The translations under genes were made by a program, and so were the position numbers. The notes under the pieces are model-generated. The model saw only the letters and a program-made list of their open reading frames with translations, was not told the DNA's origin and made no database searches. 32,000 nucleotides of DNA from Campylobacter sp. (GTDB lineage Bacteria; Campylobacterota; Campylobacteria; Campylobacterales; Campylobacteraceae): contig NZ_JBQNAN010000007.1 of NCBI RefSeq assembly GCF_052170435.1, positions 14,275 through 46,274 of the forward strand. The letters run 5' to 3'. This document shows, piece after piece, positions 10,097 to 19,345 of the stretch (position 1 is the stretch's first letter; each line of letters starts with the position of its first letter).

Positions 10097-11305
10097 TTAG
10101 TAGCCTCCTTTGGCGAAGAAATTTCGTTTGTAGATAAACACCAGCAGTAGCGCCGAAACGAATAAACATAAATTTACCGCTAAGCCGCCCAGCGGACCGA
10201 ATACCTCTAAAAGCTGGATTTTCGGGCCGTCTTTGATCCACGCGGGTATCGCGTCGTAGCTAAGGGCTAGCACCATGGTTCCTACGACGTTTGCGACGCC
10301 CACGATCATAAAGTGCAGCTGCCCCTCGGTGGCTCTATACGTCCAGCCGCACTCGCAGCCGCCCGCAAATACGATACCGAAACCGAACAAAAACGCTCCG
10401 ATCGCGACCGCCGGCGAGAAATTCGTAACCTTGCCGACGTAGCCGTTTAGCATCAGTACGAAAACGATGAGCGTAGCGATGATCATACCGTAAAACGCGC
10501 CCTTCGTCGCGACGTCTCTGCCGAATAAAAACAGGTCGCGAAAGCACGAAGTAAAGCAAATTTGACCCTTTGAGATGATAAAGCCGAAAACTAGTCCAAA
10601 AAGTAGTCCAAGCGGCAAGATACTGGCTTTGACTTTTAGATCAAGTGCTGGCGCCTGCATCAAAAGATACGCAAACCAGATAATCGCTAAAATCGCGATA
10701 ATCACGCCGATGGCGAAATTTCGGTCGGCGCGGCCTTTGTCGTGCGTCGTACCTTTGCCTTTCGGGCCGAAGTTTTTAAGCTCGGTTTTAGGCATAAAGA
10801 CGGGCAGCATGCCGACCTTGACGGCGACGTAGATGCCAAGCACCATAAACACGGCAAAAAGCCACGTATGCAGCGAAAAATACGGCAGTCCGGTGAAAAA
10901 ATCAAGCAAGTTGCAGCCAAAGGCTAGACGCGCGCCAAATCCCGAAAGCAAGCCGCCGACGATAGCCTGAAAAACGCGAATTTTGCTTGCAGGTAGGCGA
11001 AATTTGACTTTATTTGCCATAAATGCCGCGATCGTAGCGCCCACGAACATGCCTATTAGCATAAGCCCTTCAAAGCGCGTGAGCGGGTTACCGTCAAGGT
11101 TCGTGATCTTGTAGTAGGAATAGCCGCTAAGATCCATCCCGAAAAGCTCCAAAAACTCGCCGCCCCAGCGCGTCATCTCGCCGGTTACCGCCCATCCGCC
11201 GCCAAAAATCCCAAAATACACGGTCGCGACGATGGCTAAGATAATCATCGCCTGCCCGACGTTCCAGAAATTCGTTAGATATTTCGTTCTAAATTCTTTA
11301 AACAT
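10097..11305 (-). CDS. yedE: YedE/FdhT-family membrane protein (putative selenium/sulfur-compound transporter)
   Basis: 402 aa polytopic protein. Strong resemblance to E. coli YedE along its length (WAVTGEMTRWGG, GARLAFGCNL, QICFTS, AGGCECGW). Confidence 0.85.
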   Translation of the reverse strand: MFKEFRTKYLTNFWNVGQAMIILAIVATVYFGIFGGGWAVTGEMTRWGGEFLELFGMDLSGYSYYKITNLDGNPLTRFEGLMLIGMFVGATIAAFMANKVKFRLPASKIRVFQAIVGGLLSGFGARLAFGCNLLDFFTGLPYFSLHTWLFAVFMVLGIYVAVKVGMLPVFMPKTELKNFGPKGKGTTHDKGRADRNFAIGVIIAILAIIWFAYLLMQAPALDLKVKASILPLGLLFGLVFGFIISKGQICFTSCFRDLFLFGRDVATKGAFYGMIIATLIVFVLMLNGYVGKVTNFSPAVAIGAFLFGFGIVFAGGCECGWTYRATEGQLHFMIVGVANVVGTMVLALSYDAIPAWIKDGPKIQLLEVFGPLGGLAVNLCLFVSALLLVFIYKRNFFAKGGY

Positions 11306-11686
11306 AAATTTTCTTTGTATTAATTTCCTCGCCCCGCGAGACTAAATTTGAGATTAAACGCGTATCTATGAGGTAGTCATCTAAATATCCTAAAAACGTG
11401 GTCGTCAAACTTGACGCTAAAAAGTAAGAATTGTAGCTAAAATATTATTAAATAAAATTAAAATGTAGCTAGATTAATTTGCGATATTTTTATCTAAAAT
11501 ATAAAATCTATAACCATCTTTCTTGTTTTCGTTTAGATCTTTTACCGCGACTTTCGGCCGGTATCTGCCGCCTGATTTTGCTTTTACGAGATGTTTTAAA
11601 CGGTTCTCTTTAGTCGCTACCGCTTTGCGTGCATTTAGACCAAAGAGAACCTAGCGTTTTGACCAAAATATCTTAAATATAAAGTC

Positions 11687-13360
11687 CTACGCCTCCAAAA
11701 TCGCTCCGTTGCTAGCGTTTGTTACCAGCTTGCGATACATTCGCAGCCAGCGATACGGCAGCGGTTTTTCGATCGGCTTAAATTTAGCTCTGCGCGCGGC
11801 GATCTCGGCTTCGCTTAGCCGCACGTTGATCGCGTATGTATCTACGTCGATGTCGATGATATCGCCGTCCTCTAGCAGTCCGATCATGCCGCCCTCGGCA
11901 GCTTCGGGGCTCACGTGCCCGACGCTTAGTCCTCTCGTAGCGCCGCTAAACCTGCCGTCCGTGATCAGCGCTACGTCCGCGCCCAGCCCTCGCCCCATGA
12001 TGAGCGATGTCGGGCTTAGCATCTCCTGCATGCCCGGGCCTCCGCGCGGCCCTTCGTAGCGGATGACGACTACGTCGCCTTTGTTTACCTTGCCGCTTGA
12101 GATGCCTTCTATCGCCTCGTCTTGGCTGTTAAAGCACACGGCCTTGCCGCTAAATTTGCGCTCGCCGATGATGCCCGCAGTCTTGATGACGCAGCCCTGC
12201 TCGGCTAAATTTCCAAACAAAATCGCCAGTCCGCCCACGTCCGAATAGGCGTTTTCGACCTTATGGATGACCTCTTCGTCTTTTATGACGCTAGCTCCGA
12301 CGCGCTCGCCTAGGCTCTCGCCCGTGACGGTCGGCGCACCTAGGTCCAGCAGGCCGTTGTCGCGGCGCGAAATCTCGTTTATCACGGCGCTTAGGCCGCC
12401 CGCGCGGTCGATGTCTTCCATGTGGATATTTGGCAAGCTCGGGCTGATTTTGGCGATGTGAGCGATCTTGCGGCTGATCTCATTGAGCCCCGCGATCTGT
12501 AAATTTACCCCCGCTTCGCGCGCTATAGCTAGGATATGCAGCACGGTGTTACTGCTGCCGCCCATCGCCATATCGACGACTAGGGCGTTTTGGATCGATT
12601 TTTCGTTCACGATGTTGCGGATTTTGTATTTTTCATCCAGCGCTATCTGGCAAATTCGTCGCCCCGCCTGCCTGATAAGCTCCTCACGCTCAGGCGTAAG
12701 CGCAGGCACCGTGCCGTTGCCTTTTAGCGCGATACCCATCGCTTCGCATAGCGTATTCATCGAGTTTGCCGTAAACATCCCCGAGCAGCTGCCCCCGCTC
12801 GGACAGGCGGCGCACTCGATCTCTTTTAACTCCTCGGCGCTGATCTCTTTGGTTTCAAATTTACCCACCGCCTCAAACGCAGTCGCAAGGTCGATAGGCT
12901 CGCCTTTTTTAGTGTAGCCTTTTTTCATCGGGCCGCCGCTAACAAAAACCGTCGGCACATTCACACGAAGTGCGCCCATCACCATACCGGGCACGATTTT
13001 ATCGCAGTTTGGCATGCAGACGAGAGCGTCCAGGGCGTGCGCATTCATCACCGTTTCGATCGAGTTTGCGATGAGCTCGCGGCTAGGCAGGCTGTAAAGC
13101 ATCCCGCTGTGTCCCATCGCGATGCCGTCGTCCACGCCGATACAGTTAAACTCAAAGGGTACGCAGCCGTTTTTGCGGATCTCGTCTTTTAAAATTTCGG
13201 AGTATTTGTTGAGGAAAAAGTGCCCCGGGATGATCTCGATGAAGCTGTTTGCCACGCCGATAAACGGCTTTTCAAAGTCCTCGTCCTTTAGCCCCGTCGC
13301 TCTTAGCAAGCTTCTGTGCGGCGCACGCGTATAGCCTTTTTTGATGATGTCGCTTCTCAA
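11687..13360 (-). CDS. ilvD: Dihydroxy-acid dehydratase
   Basis: 557 aa. N-terminus [23 protein letters not shown] matches Campylobacter IlvD. Motifs [11 protein letters not shown] and AMGHSGM. The start codon is TTG (13360-13358), preceded by AAAGGA. Confidence 0.95.
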   Translation of the reverse strand: MRSDIIKKGYTRAPHRSLLRATGLKDEDFEKPFIGVANSFIEIIPGHFFLNKYSEILKDEIRKNGCVPFEFNCIGVDDGIAMGHSGMLYSLPSRELIANSIETVMNAHALDALVCMPNCDKIVPGMVMGALRVNVPTVFVSGGPMKKGYTKKGEPIDLATAFEAVGKFETKEISAEELKEIECAACPSGGSCSGMFTANSMNTLCEAMGIALKGNGTVPALTPEREELIRQAGRRICQIALDEKYKIRNIVNEKSIQNALVVDMAMGGSSNTVLHILAIAREAGVNLQIAGLNEISRKIAHIAKISPSLPNIHMEDIDRAGGLSAVINEISRRDNGLLDLGAPTVTGESLGERVGASVIKDEEVIHKVENAYSDVGGLAILFGNLAEQGCVIKTAGIIGERKFSGKAVCFNSQDEAIEGISSGKVNKGDVVVIRYEGPRGGPGMQEMLSPTSLIMGRGLGADVALITDGRFSGATRGLSVGHVSPEAAEGGMIGLLEDGDIIDIDVDTYAINVRLSEAEIAARRAKFKPIEKPLPYRWLRMYRKLVTNASNGAILEA

Positions 13361-13486
13361 ATTTGATCCTTTTAGTGGAATTTAGTCGATTTTATCAATT
13401 ATTTAATTACATAAGTATAAAAATTTGAAAGGGTGTGCAAGACACGGCAATCATATGTACAATATCTAAAATTTACGTTTTATCGT

Positions 13487-13515
13487 GAAAAATTTGAGCC
13501 CGAAGGCTCAAATTT
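13487..13515 (-). terminator. Intrinsic terminator (second of two) downstream of the lipoprotein gene
   Basis: AAATTTGAGCC-CGAA-GGCTCAAATTT is a perfect 11-bp stem with a tetraloop. On the minus strand it runs into TTTTTC. Confidence 0.7.
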
Positions 13516-13551
13516 AAGCGCAAAGCGGAGCTTGCCTCGCGCTTATAAAAC

Positions 13552-13575
13552 CTAGAGCGATTTTAGTCGCTCTAG
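13552..13575 (-). terminator. Intrinsic-terminator-like hairpin (first) downstream of the lipoprotein gene
   Basis: CTAGAGCGA-TTTTAG-TCGCTCTAG has a 9-bp stem, lies 16 nt after the stop at 13592, and is followed on the minus strand by GTTTTAT. Confidence 0.6.
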
Positions 13576-13591
13576 CCTAGCGAAGATAAAA

Positions 13592-14410
13592 TCAATCCGC
13601 TACTTTCATCGCGCCGCCCGCGCCAAGACCGCCTTTTACGGTTTGCATTTTGTAGTTTCTGACCGCGTCGATTAGGTTATTCATCGAGTCGGTGAAGGCC
13701 GCGACGATGACTTTGCCCTCAGGAGTGTTTGCATAGGCTCCTAGCGATCCGCCGGCTTTGCTGCCAAACAGGCTTCCAAGACCCGCAAAGTCCATATTTC
13801 TAGCGCTTCCCTCGGCTGCCGCTAACTGTACGCCAGAGCGGTTTTCGATGAGAGTTAGCATCGTGCTCACGTCGCTCGTGCTAAAACTGCCTGCGACCGA
13901 ACCCGCAACCGAACCAAATAGCGCGCCCACGACGCCGCCTAGGCCGCTAGTGTTGCTCTCGCTAAAGGTTATCGTAGGAGTTAAGGTGTAGTCCGCAGCG
14001 ACCATCTGACCTTTTTTGAAATTCGAGTTCTTTCTAAGCTCGCCCGACTCCATCAGCGCACGCTCTTCTAGCATTTGGTTAAATGCCTTGCTACGCTCGA
14101 CGACGACGAAGCAGTTTGACTGCTGAGCCAAAAGTCTAAGAACCGGAACGGTGGATGTTAGCTTATACTGTTTAGTTACGACGGAGTACCAGTCGCTGTT
14201 TCTGTCCTCGTAAATCGTAAGCGTACCCATAGACTCGGTGCATCTGGTTAGTCCAGGATTTGCATTTTGGACGTTTGAGCCCGCAGCCGCGCCCGTAGCT
14301 GCCGTCTTAGCACCTGGCGAACCCATACTCATAGACGACATGCAACCCGTCAAAAGAAAAGGCAAAGCCAAAACCGCGATCTTCGATGCGCTAAAAAGCG
14401 ATTTTTTCAT
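13592..14410 (-). CDS. Outer-membrane lipoprotein, CsgG/HfaB-like fold (putative secretion-channel family)
   Basis: 272 aa. Lipoprotein signal with lipobox LLTGC. The order of segments parallels E. coli CsgG: VLRLLAQQSNCFVVVERSKAFNQMLEERAL, AADYTLTPTITFSE, then a Gly/Ser-rich segment GLGGVVGALFGSVAGSVAGS. Assignment is by eye only. Confidence 0.6.
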   Translation of the reverse strand: MKKSLFSASKIAVLALPFLLTGCMSSMSMGSPGAKTAATGAAAGSNVQNANPGLTRCTESMGTLTIYEDRNSDWYSVVTKQYKLTSTVPVLRLLAQQSNCFVVVERSKAFNQMLEERALMESGELRKNSNFKKGQMVAADYTLTPTITFSESNTSGLGGVVGALFGSVAGSVAGSFSTSDVSTMLTLIENRSGVQLAAAEGSARNMDFAGLGSLFGSKAGGSLGAYANTPEGKVIVAAFTDSMNNLIDAVRNYKMQTVKGGLGAGGAMKVAD

Positions 14411-14522
14411 TAATAACTCCTTGGGGAAATTTACAAAATTGTAATATATTTGCGCTAAAAATTTACTTTATTTTAAATTTGATGTTATAAAATGATTTAG
14501 AAATAACCAGAAAGGATTTGAC

Positions 14523-14918
14523 ATGAAAAAACTTGTTTTAATCGCTATTTTTTCAGCGCTTTGTTTAAATTTTGCAAACGCTTACGACAATTATTCAAAC
14601 GAATCTTTAATAGTAATCCCGGATAACGGCTACAAATACAAAAAACGCCGCCACCGAGATAGATACGACGACGATGTAGTGATATATATGAACCCTCCGT
14701 ACGGCCGCTACAAACAAACCGACCGAGGCAGAGACTACCGCGACAAGCTAGTCGATCAATATATCAAAAACAACAACATAAAAAAAGGCGGTTCGAGCAA
14801 ATCCGACGACCGAAGCTACGAGAGAGGCTACGACGACGGATATGACGACGGATACCGCGACAGACGAGATGATTATTACTATTCGCCTCGCCCGCAAATA
14901 GGCATCCGCGTTAGATAA
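14523..14918 (+). CDS. Secreted low-complexity Asp/Arg/Tyr-rich protein (hypothetical)
   Basis: 131 aa. Sec signal MKKLVLIAIFSALCLNFANA followed by Y. The mature part is dominated by D, R, Y and K (RHRDRYDDD, GYDDGYDDGYRDRRDDYYY), encoded partly by three tandem 12-nt units. AAAGGA RBS. Confidence 0.7.
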   Translation: MKKLVLIAIFSALCLNFANAYDNYSNESLIVIPDNGYKYKKRRHRDRYDDDVVIYMNPPYGRYKQTDRGRDYRDKLVDQYIKNNNIKKGGSSKSDDRSYERGYDDGYDDGYRDRRDDYYYSPRPQIGIRVR

Positions 14919-14952
14919 ATTTGACGCCCGTTCGCGGCTAGTCGTCAAATTT
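14918..14952 (+). terminator. Hairpin after the D/R/Y-rich gene
   Basis: AAATTTGACG (14918-14927) pairs with CGTCAAATTT (14943-14952) around a 15-nt loop. It overlaps the stop codon. The U-tract is weak. Confidence 0.4.
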
Positions 14953-15002
14953 GGCCTGCGGCAAAATTTGATTTACGAATTTGATTTACAAAAAGGAAAA
15001 TA

Positions 15003-16343
15003 ATGCTAACCAACCCCGTCGTGATCAGTATCCTCGTGATGACCGCGCTTTGTTTGCTGCGATTTAACATCCTGCTTTCCATCCTCGTCTCCGCCCTAGT
15101 CGCGGGACTCATCTATCACGGCGGATTTGCCGGCGTAGGGGCCTTTTTCGACGCGCTAACGGCCACCACCTCTACGCTGATAACGGGCATGAAGGGCAAC
15201 CTAGAAACCTCGCTCAGCTACATCCTGCTCGGCGCGCTCGCAGCCGCGATAGCCAATACAAACCTAACCGCGATCCTCATAAACGCCGTTAGCAAGGCTC
15301 TAGCGAAAACCAGCACGTATTTTGCTCTGATAATCGCTTCTATCGCGTGCTTTTCGCAAAATTTGATCCCGGTTCACATCGCTTTCATCCCGATTCTCAT
15401 CCCGCCGCTTTTGCCGCTGATGAACCGCCTAGGCATCGACCGCCGAGCCGTCGCGTGCGCTCTTACTTTCGGACTAAAGGCGCCGTACGTGAGCCTTAGC
15501 GTGGGCTTTGGACTTATCTTTCACGGCATCATCAAAAAAGAGCTCGCAAACAACGGCGTAGAGGTGCAGATGAGTGAAATCTCAAGCGTGATGTGGATCG
15601 GCGGCCTTTCTATGCTAGTGGGCTTACTTTTAGCGGTTTTCGTATTTTACCGCAAAAAACGCGACTACGCGCATACTAAATTTGAAACGAGCGAGGAACA
15701 AGAGGCGCAGATGGCCGCAAGCCTAAAAATGACGAAAAAAGAGTGGGCGGTGCTAGGCGGCGCGGTAGCGGCGTTTGGAGTGCAAATTTACACAGAAAGC
15801 ATGCCGCTTGGAGCGCTTTTAGGACTGCTAGTTATGGTAGTTTTCGGCGGTATCGAGTACCGCAAAATCGACAAAATCATGGACAGCGGCCTAGCGATGA
15901 TGGGCTTTATCGCATTTATCATGCTTGTTGCGGCAGGCTTTGGCTCGGTTTTGCGCGAGAGCGGCGGTATCGAACAGCTAGTGAGCTTTGCTAGCGCGGT
16001 CGCCGGCGGCAAAATGGGCGGCGCGATACTGATGTTAGCCATCGGTTTGCTAGTTACTATGGGCATCGGCACGAGCTTTGGCACGATACCGATCATCGCG
16101 GCGATTTACGTGCCGTTTTCGCTATCGCTGGGTTTTTCTCCGGCGGCGATCATCTTGCTAGTTGGTATCGCAGCAGCTCTAGGCGATGCGGGTAGTCCCG
16201 CTAGCGATAGCACGCTAGGGCCTACGAGCGGTCTAAATGCCGACGGACAGCACAATCATATTTACGATACGTGCGTGCCTACGTTTATATTCTTTAATAT
16301 ACCGCTGTTAATCGGCGGCGTTATAGGCGCGATGATTTTGTAA
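15003..16343 (+). CDS. Na+/H+ antiporter-family (NhaC/YuiF-like) membrane transporter
   Basis: 446 aa, about 11-12 hydrophobic segments with a central charged loop (YRKKRDYAHTKFETSEEQEAQ). Overall resemblance to NhaC-superfamily permeases. The substrate cannot be called. Confidence 0.7.
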   Translation: MLTNPVVISILVMTALCLLRFNILLSILVSALVAGLIYHGGFAGVGAFFDALTATTSTLITGMKGNLETSLSYILLGALAAAIANTNLTAILINAVSKALAKTSTYFALIIASIACFSQNLIPVHIAFIPILIPPLLPLMNRLGIDRRAVACALTFGLKAPYVSLSVGFGLIFHGIIKKELANNGVEVQMSEISSVMWIGGLSMLVGLLLAVFVFYRKKRDYAHTKFETSEEQEAQMAASLKMTKKEWAVLGGAVAAFGVQIYTESMPLGALLGLLVMVVFGGIEYRKIDKIMDSGLAMMGFIAFIMLVAAGFGSVLRESGGIEQLVSFASAVAGGKMGGAILMLAIGLLVTMGIGTSFGTIPIIAAIYVPFSLSLGFSPAAIILLVGIAAALGDAGSPASDSTLGPTSGLNADGQHNHIYDTCVPTFIFFNIPLLIGGVIGAMIL

Positions 16344-16589
16344 ATTTTATGGCTTGTCTTTTTCCTTTATACGTCGTTGCAAATTTCGCCGAGGCTCGGT
16401 TACATACTACTTATATGCGCCCTCGCTCGGCTCATTTCCGCCTCGTCTAAAAAGGAGAAATTTTGAAGTCAAATTTTATAAATTTGAGTTGCCGAGACCC
16501 CCATCTTAAAATTTCTAAAAACCATTAATCTTTGCTCATATACACTTTTTCGCTACTACCTTCACAAATACTAAACCAAATTTAAAATT

Positions 16590-16605
16590 TGGAACGTCTT
16601 TTGCT
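16590..16605 (+). promoter_or_regulatory. Sigma54 (RpoN) promoter of flgE
   Basis: TGGAAC-GTCTT-TTGCT: GG at 16591-16592 and GC at 16603-16604, with exact GG-N10-GC spacing, about 42 nt upstream of the flgE ATG. Hook genes are RpoN-dependent in Campylobacter and Helicobacter. Confidence 0.8.
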
Positions 16606-16646
16606 TAAGTGATCTCAAAAATTTACTTTTCAAAAAGGATAAAGCT

Positions 16647-19256
16647 ATGATGAGATCACTTTGGGCAGGCGTTACCGGGCTGCAAGCCCACCAGATCGCT
16701 ATGGACGTCGAGGGCAACAACATCGCCAACGTCAACACAGTCGGATTTAAATACAGCCGCGCAAATTTCGACGACATTATATATCAAAATTCGCGTATCG
16801 CTACCGGCCCGCAAAATCGCCACGGCGGCGTAAATAGCATGCAAGTTGGCCTTGGCACGCAGATAAACTCGACGACTAAAATTTTTAAGCAAGGCTCTTT
16901 GCAAACTACCGACAAACAAACCGACATCGCGCTTCAGGGCGACGGATTTTTCATGGTTAGCCCGGACGGCGGCAAGACTACTTACTACACAAGAAACGGC
17001 GACTTTTCAAGAGATAGCGTAGGAAATTTCGTCGATAACGGCGGAAACATCGTACAAGGATGGATGAGAGACGAAGAAACCGGCGAGATAGATCCGACTA
17101 GACCTATCAGCGATATAAATATCCCTGCAGGTCTAACCGTCCCGGCTCGTGCCACGACAAATATTACGTTAAAAGGAAATTTAGACAGCGGTAACGACGT
17201 GGGCGCTAAAAAAATCCCTATCTACCAACTCGATCAATACCACAACTGGACCGATACGGGCAAAGACGGTATCAAAGTAGACGCTGAAAAACACGAAGAA
17301 AATAACGTCGGCGAAAATAGATTTTACGTCAACAAAAACGGCGAACAAAGGATGACAGAGCGCGGCGCAGACCTTGGAGTGCTATTTAACAACAACGGCG
17401 ACGCGTATAATCTCCGCACCGGTCAAGGTATATGGGTCAGCTATGCAGACGCTAAAACTCAAGCTCTAAACGTAGGCGCTCAGCCGGACGGAAGATTTGG
17501 CGCTACAAAGCAGCTAGATATCACGCTAAACGGCGAAAAGATAGTTGCAAGCGTAACTAGCGTCAGCGAACTAGCGTCAGCTATAAATGAGAGATACACC
17601 AAAACCGGCGTAGAAGCAAGCGTTATCAACGGTAATCAGCTCGTTTTAACGAATAGAAATAATCTAGGCACGACTGTCAATACAAAAAATATAAAAATGA
17701 CCGTAAATGGCGCAAACAACATAGGAAGTGATTTTGTAACGACCAACATCATCACGGCATATCAGTATATTTATAATAGCACTCAAGTTAATGCCACTCA
17801 TATTAACGATGACTCTATGGCTAGAGAAGTAACAACTACTGAAGATTTGCGTGAAGCTATGCAAAAAGATGCAAGGCTATTTACAAACTATGGAGGAAGG
17901 AGTGTAGATAATGCTATCGCTGTAGCGAAAGCAACTAGAGAATCAGCGGCAGCGGCAGCGGCAGCGGCAGCAGATCCTGGTAATACAGGACTTGCGGCAG
18001 CGGCAGCTAAAGCGGCAGCAACTCTTGCTAATATTACTGCAGCTAAAGCGGCAAAAGACGCCCTTGATACGGCTAAAGGAAATCTAGACACGGCAATAGC
18101 GGGTGGTAACGCAGCTGCGATAGGTGCAGCACAAACAGCTTACGATACTGCTTTTGCGGATCATAAAGAAAAATTTGAAAAAGCTTTTAAAGGCTACAAT
18201 AAAAATGATGGAGTAGAGATAACAGTCAACGAACATGGGCAGTTTCAGGTGAAAAATCCTAGCGGAGACGCCGTAAACAGCGACGACGGAGATCTAACTG
18301 ATAATACGATAGAAACAGATCCTGGGTCTCCAAATTTTGGTAAACCTAGACCTATAAATTTGACCGTAGATACGTATGATGACGACCACAATATGAATTT
18401 AACAATCACTGGTCTTAGCAACGCGGCAAACAACATAACCGAAAACGTCAAATTTACGGCATCTATGGCGCCGCTTTCAGGCTCTATAAGCCCGGGTAAC
18501 GCCGCAAGGGTAACAGATAGCCTAAACATGGCCGCTCACAGCTCTAGTACCGATCTTTTCGATAGCTTAGGCACTAAGCACAACATCAAAATGGACTTCG
18601 TAAAACGCGGCTACACGCCAAACGGCGGAACCGAGTGGACGATGGTTATCCAAGTAGCCGAGCCAAATCGCATCAATCAAAACGGCGAGCCTGCAAACGT
18701 GATAACGGGCTACGTGAGATTTAACCCGGACGGCTCGCTAGCGACATATAGCCCGGCTAGCATAACCTTCGGCGCACAAAACGGCTCGGCCGACGGCCAA
18801 CATATCGAGCTAAAGCTAGGAACTACGGCTCAGATGGACGGTCTAGCCAGCACCGATAACGACTCAAGCACCGCCGACATCAGCCAGGACGGCTACGCTA
18901 GCGGCGAGCTAAACGGCATCAGGATAGATCAAAGCGGAACCCTAGTGGGCTCGTTTACGAACGGCCGAAGCCTAGGACTAGCGCAAGTGGGCGTGGCTAA
19001 ATTTGCCAACAACGAGGGATTGGCTAGCGAGGGCGGAAATTTATTTTCTCGCACGGCAAACTCCGGCGATCCGATCATCGGCGCGGCTCAGACGGCTGGA
19101 CGCGGCAAGATCTCAGCCTCGAGCCTCGAGATGAGTAACGTCGATCTATCTCGCTCGCTAACTCAGCTCATCGTCGTACAGCGCGGCTTCCAAGCTAACT
19201 CAAAGACGATCACGACTAGCGACGAAATGCTAAACACGCTGCTTCAACTAAAATAA
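16647..19256 (+). CDS. flgE: Flagellar hook protein FlgE (large epsilonproteobacterial type)
   Basis: 869 aa. Conserved N-terminus MMRSLWAGVTGLQAHQIAMDVEGNNIANVNTVGFK and C-terminus LEMSNVDLSRSLTQLIVVQRGFQANSKTITTSDEMLNTLLQLK, with a long variable centre. Confidence 0.92.
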   Translation: MMRSLWAGVTGLQAHQIAMDVEGNNIANVNTVGFKYSRANFDDIIYQNSRIATGPQNRHGGVNSMQVGLGTQINSTTKIFKQGSLQTTDKQTDIALQGDGFFMVSPDGGKTTYYTRNGDFSRDSVGNFVDNGGNIVQGWMRDEETGEIDPTRPISDINIPAGLTVPARATTNITLKGNLDSGNDVGAKKIPIYQLDQYHNWTDTGKDGIKVDAEKHEENNVGENRFYVNKNGEQRMTERGADLGVLFNNNGDAYNLRTGQGIWVSYADAKTQALNVGAQPDGRFGATKQLDITLNGEKIVASVTSVSELASAINERYTKTGVEASVINGNQLVLTNRNNLGTTVNTKNIKMTVNGANNIGSDFVTTNIITAYQYIYNSTQVNATHINDDSMAREVTTTEDLREAMQKDARLFTNYGGRSVDNAIAVAKATRESAAAAAAAAADPGNTGLAAAAAKAAATLANITAAKAAKDALDTAKGNLDTAIAGGNAAAIGAAQTAYDTAFADHKEKFEKAFKGYNKNDGVEITVNEHGQFQVKNPSGDAVNSDDGDLTDNTIETDPGSPNFGKPRPINLTVDTYDDDHNMNLTITGLSNAANNITENVKFTASMAPLSGSISPGNAARVTDSLNMAAHSSSTDLFDSLGTKHNIKMDFVKRGYTPNGGTEWTMVIQVAEPNRINQNGEPANVITGYVRFNPDGSLATYSPASITFGAQNGSADGQHIELKLGTTAQMDGLASTDNDSSTADISQDGYASGELNGIRIDQSGTLVGSFTNGRSLGLAQVGVAKFANNEGLASEGGNLFSRTANSGDPIIGAAQTAGRGKISASSLEMSNVDLSRSLTQLIVVQRGFQANSKTITTSDEMLNTLLQLK

Positions 19257-19267
19257 TTTATTTCTTC

Positions 19268-19298
19268 GGGCTTTAGTTTCGTCTAAAGCCCTTTTTAT
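19268..19298 (+). terminator. Intrinsic terminator of flgE
   Basis: GGGCTTTAG-TTTCGT-CTAAAGCCC followed by TTTTTATT, 12 nt after the stop. Confidence 0.8.
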
Positions 19299-19345
19299 TC
19301 ATTTTTAGCTAAATTTAGCGCTAAATTTAACTAAAAGAGTCAAAA

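Noticed and set aside
11470-11655. A minus-strand open frame without a start codon (…KENRLKHLVKAKSGGRYRPKVAVKDLNENKKDGYRFYILDKNIAN*), next to a 14-bp imperfect inverted repeat (GGTTCTCTTTAGTC 11602-11615 and GACCAAAGAGAACC 11638-11651) downstream of ilvD.
   Set aside because: There is no ATG, GTG or TTG in frame, it spans only about 56 codons, and I recognise no family. It could be a gene remnant, but that cannot be supported. The inverted repeat may simply be the ilvD terminator, though it has a 22-nt loop and a weak U-tract.
12468-12917. 149-aa plus-strand ORF, together with others at 11709-12059, 12063-12248, 12267-12461 and 13122-13334, antisense to ilvD.
   Set aside because: They lie entirely inside a confidently identified gene on the other strand. 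Their Ser/Pro/Ala/Leu-rich composition is typical of antisense frames of GC-rich genes, and they have no RBS. The same reasoning rejects these ORFs:
- 746-943, antisense to the TonB-dependent receptor gene
- 2002-2397, 2533-2730, 2625-2819 and 2941-3168, within recJ
- 3546-3752, 3874-4203, 4549-4794, 4596-4865 and 4927-5151, within pyrG
- 10335-10927, within yedE
- 15743-16096, within the transporter gene
- 17664-18529, within flgE
- 25326-25529, within gyrB
16463-16528. A 21-codon TTG-initiated mini-ORF (MKSNFINLSCRDPHLKISKNH) with a well-spaced AGGAG, upstream of the flgE sigma54 promoter.
   Set aside because: It is very short, has a non-ATG start and has no supporting features. The SD-like AAGGAG may be coincidental in an A/G-rich spacer.
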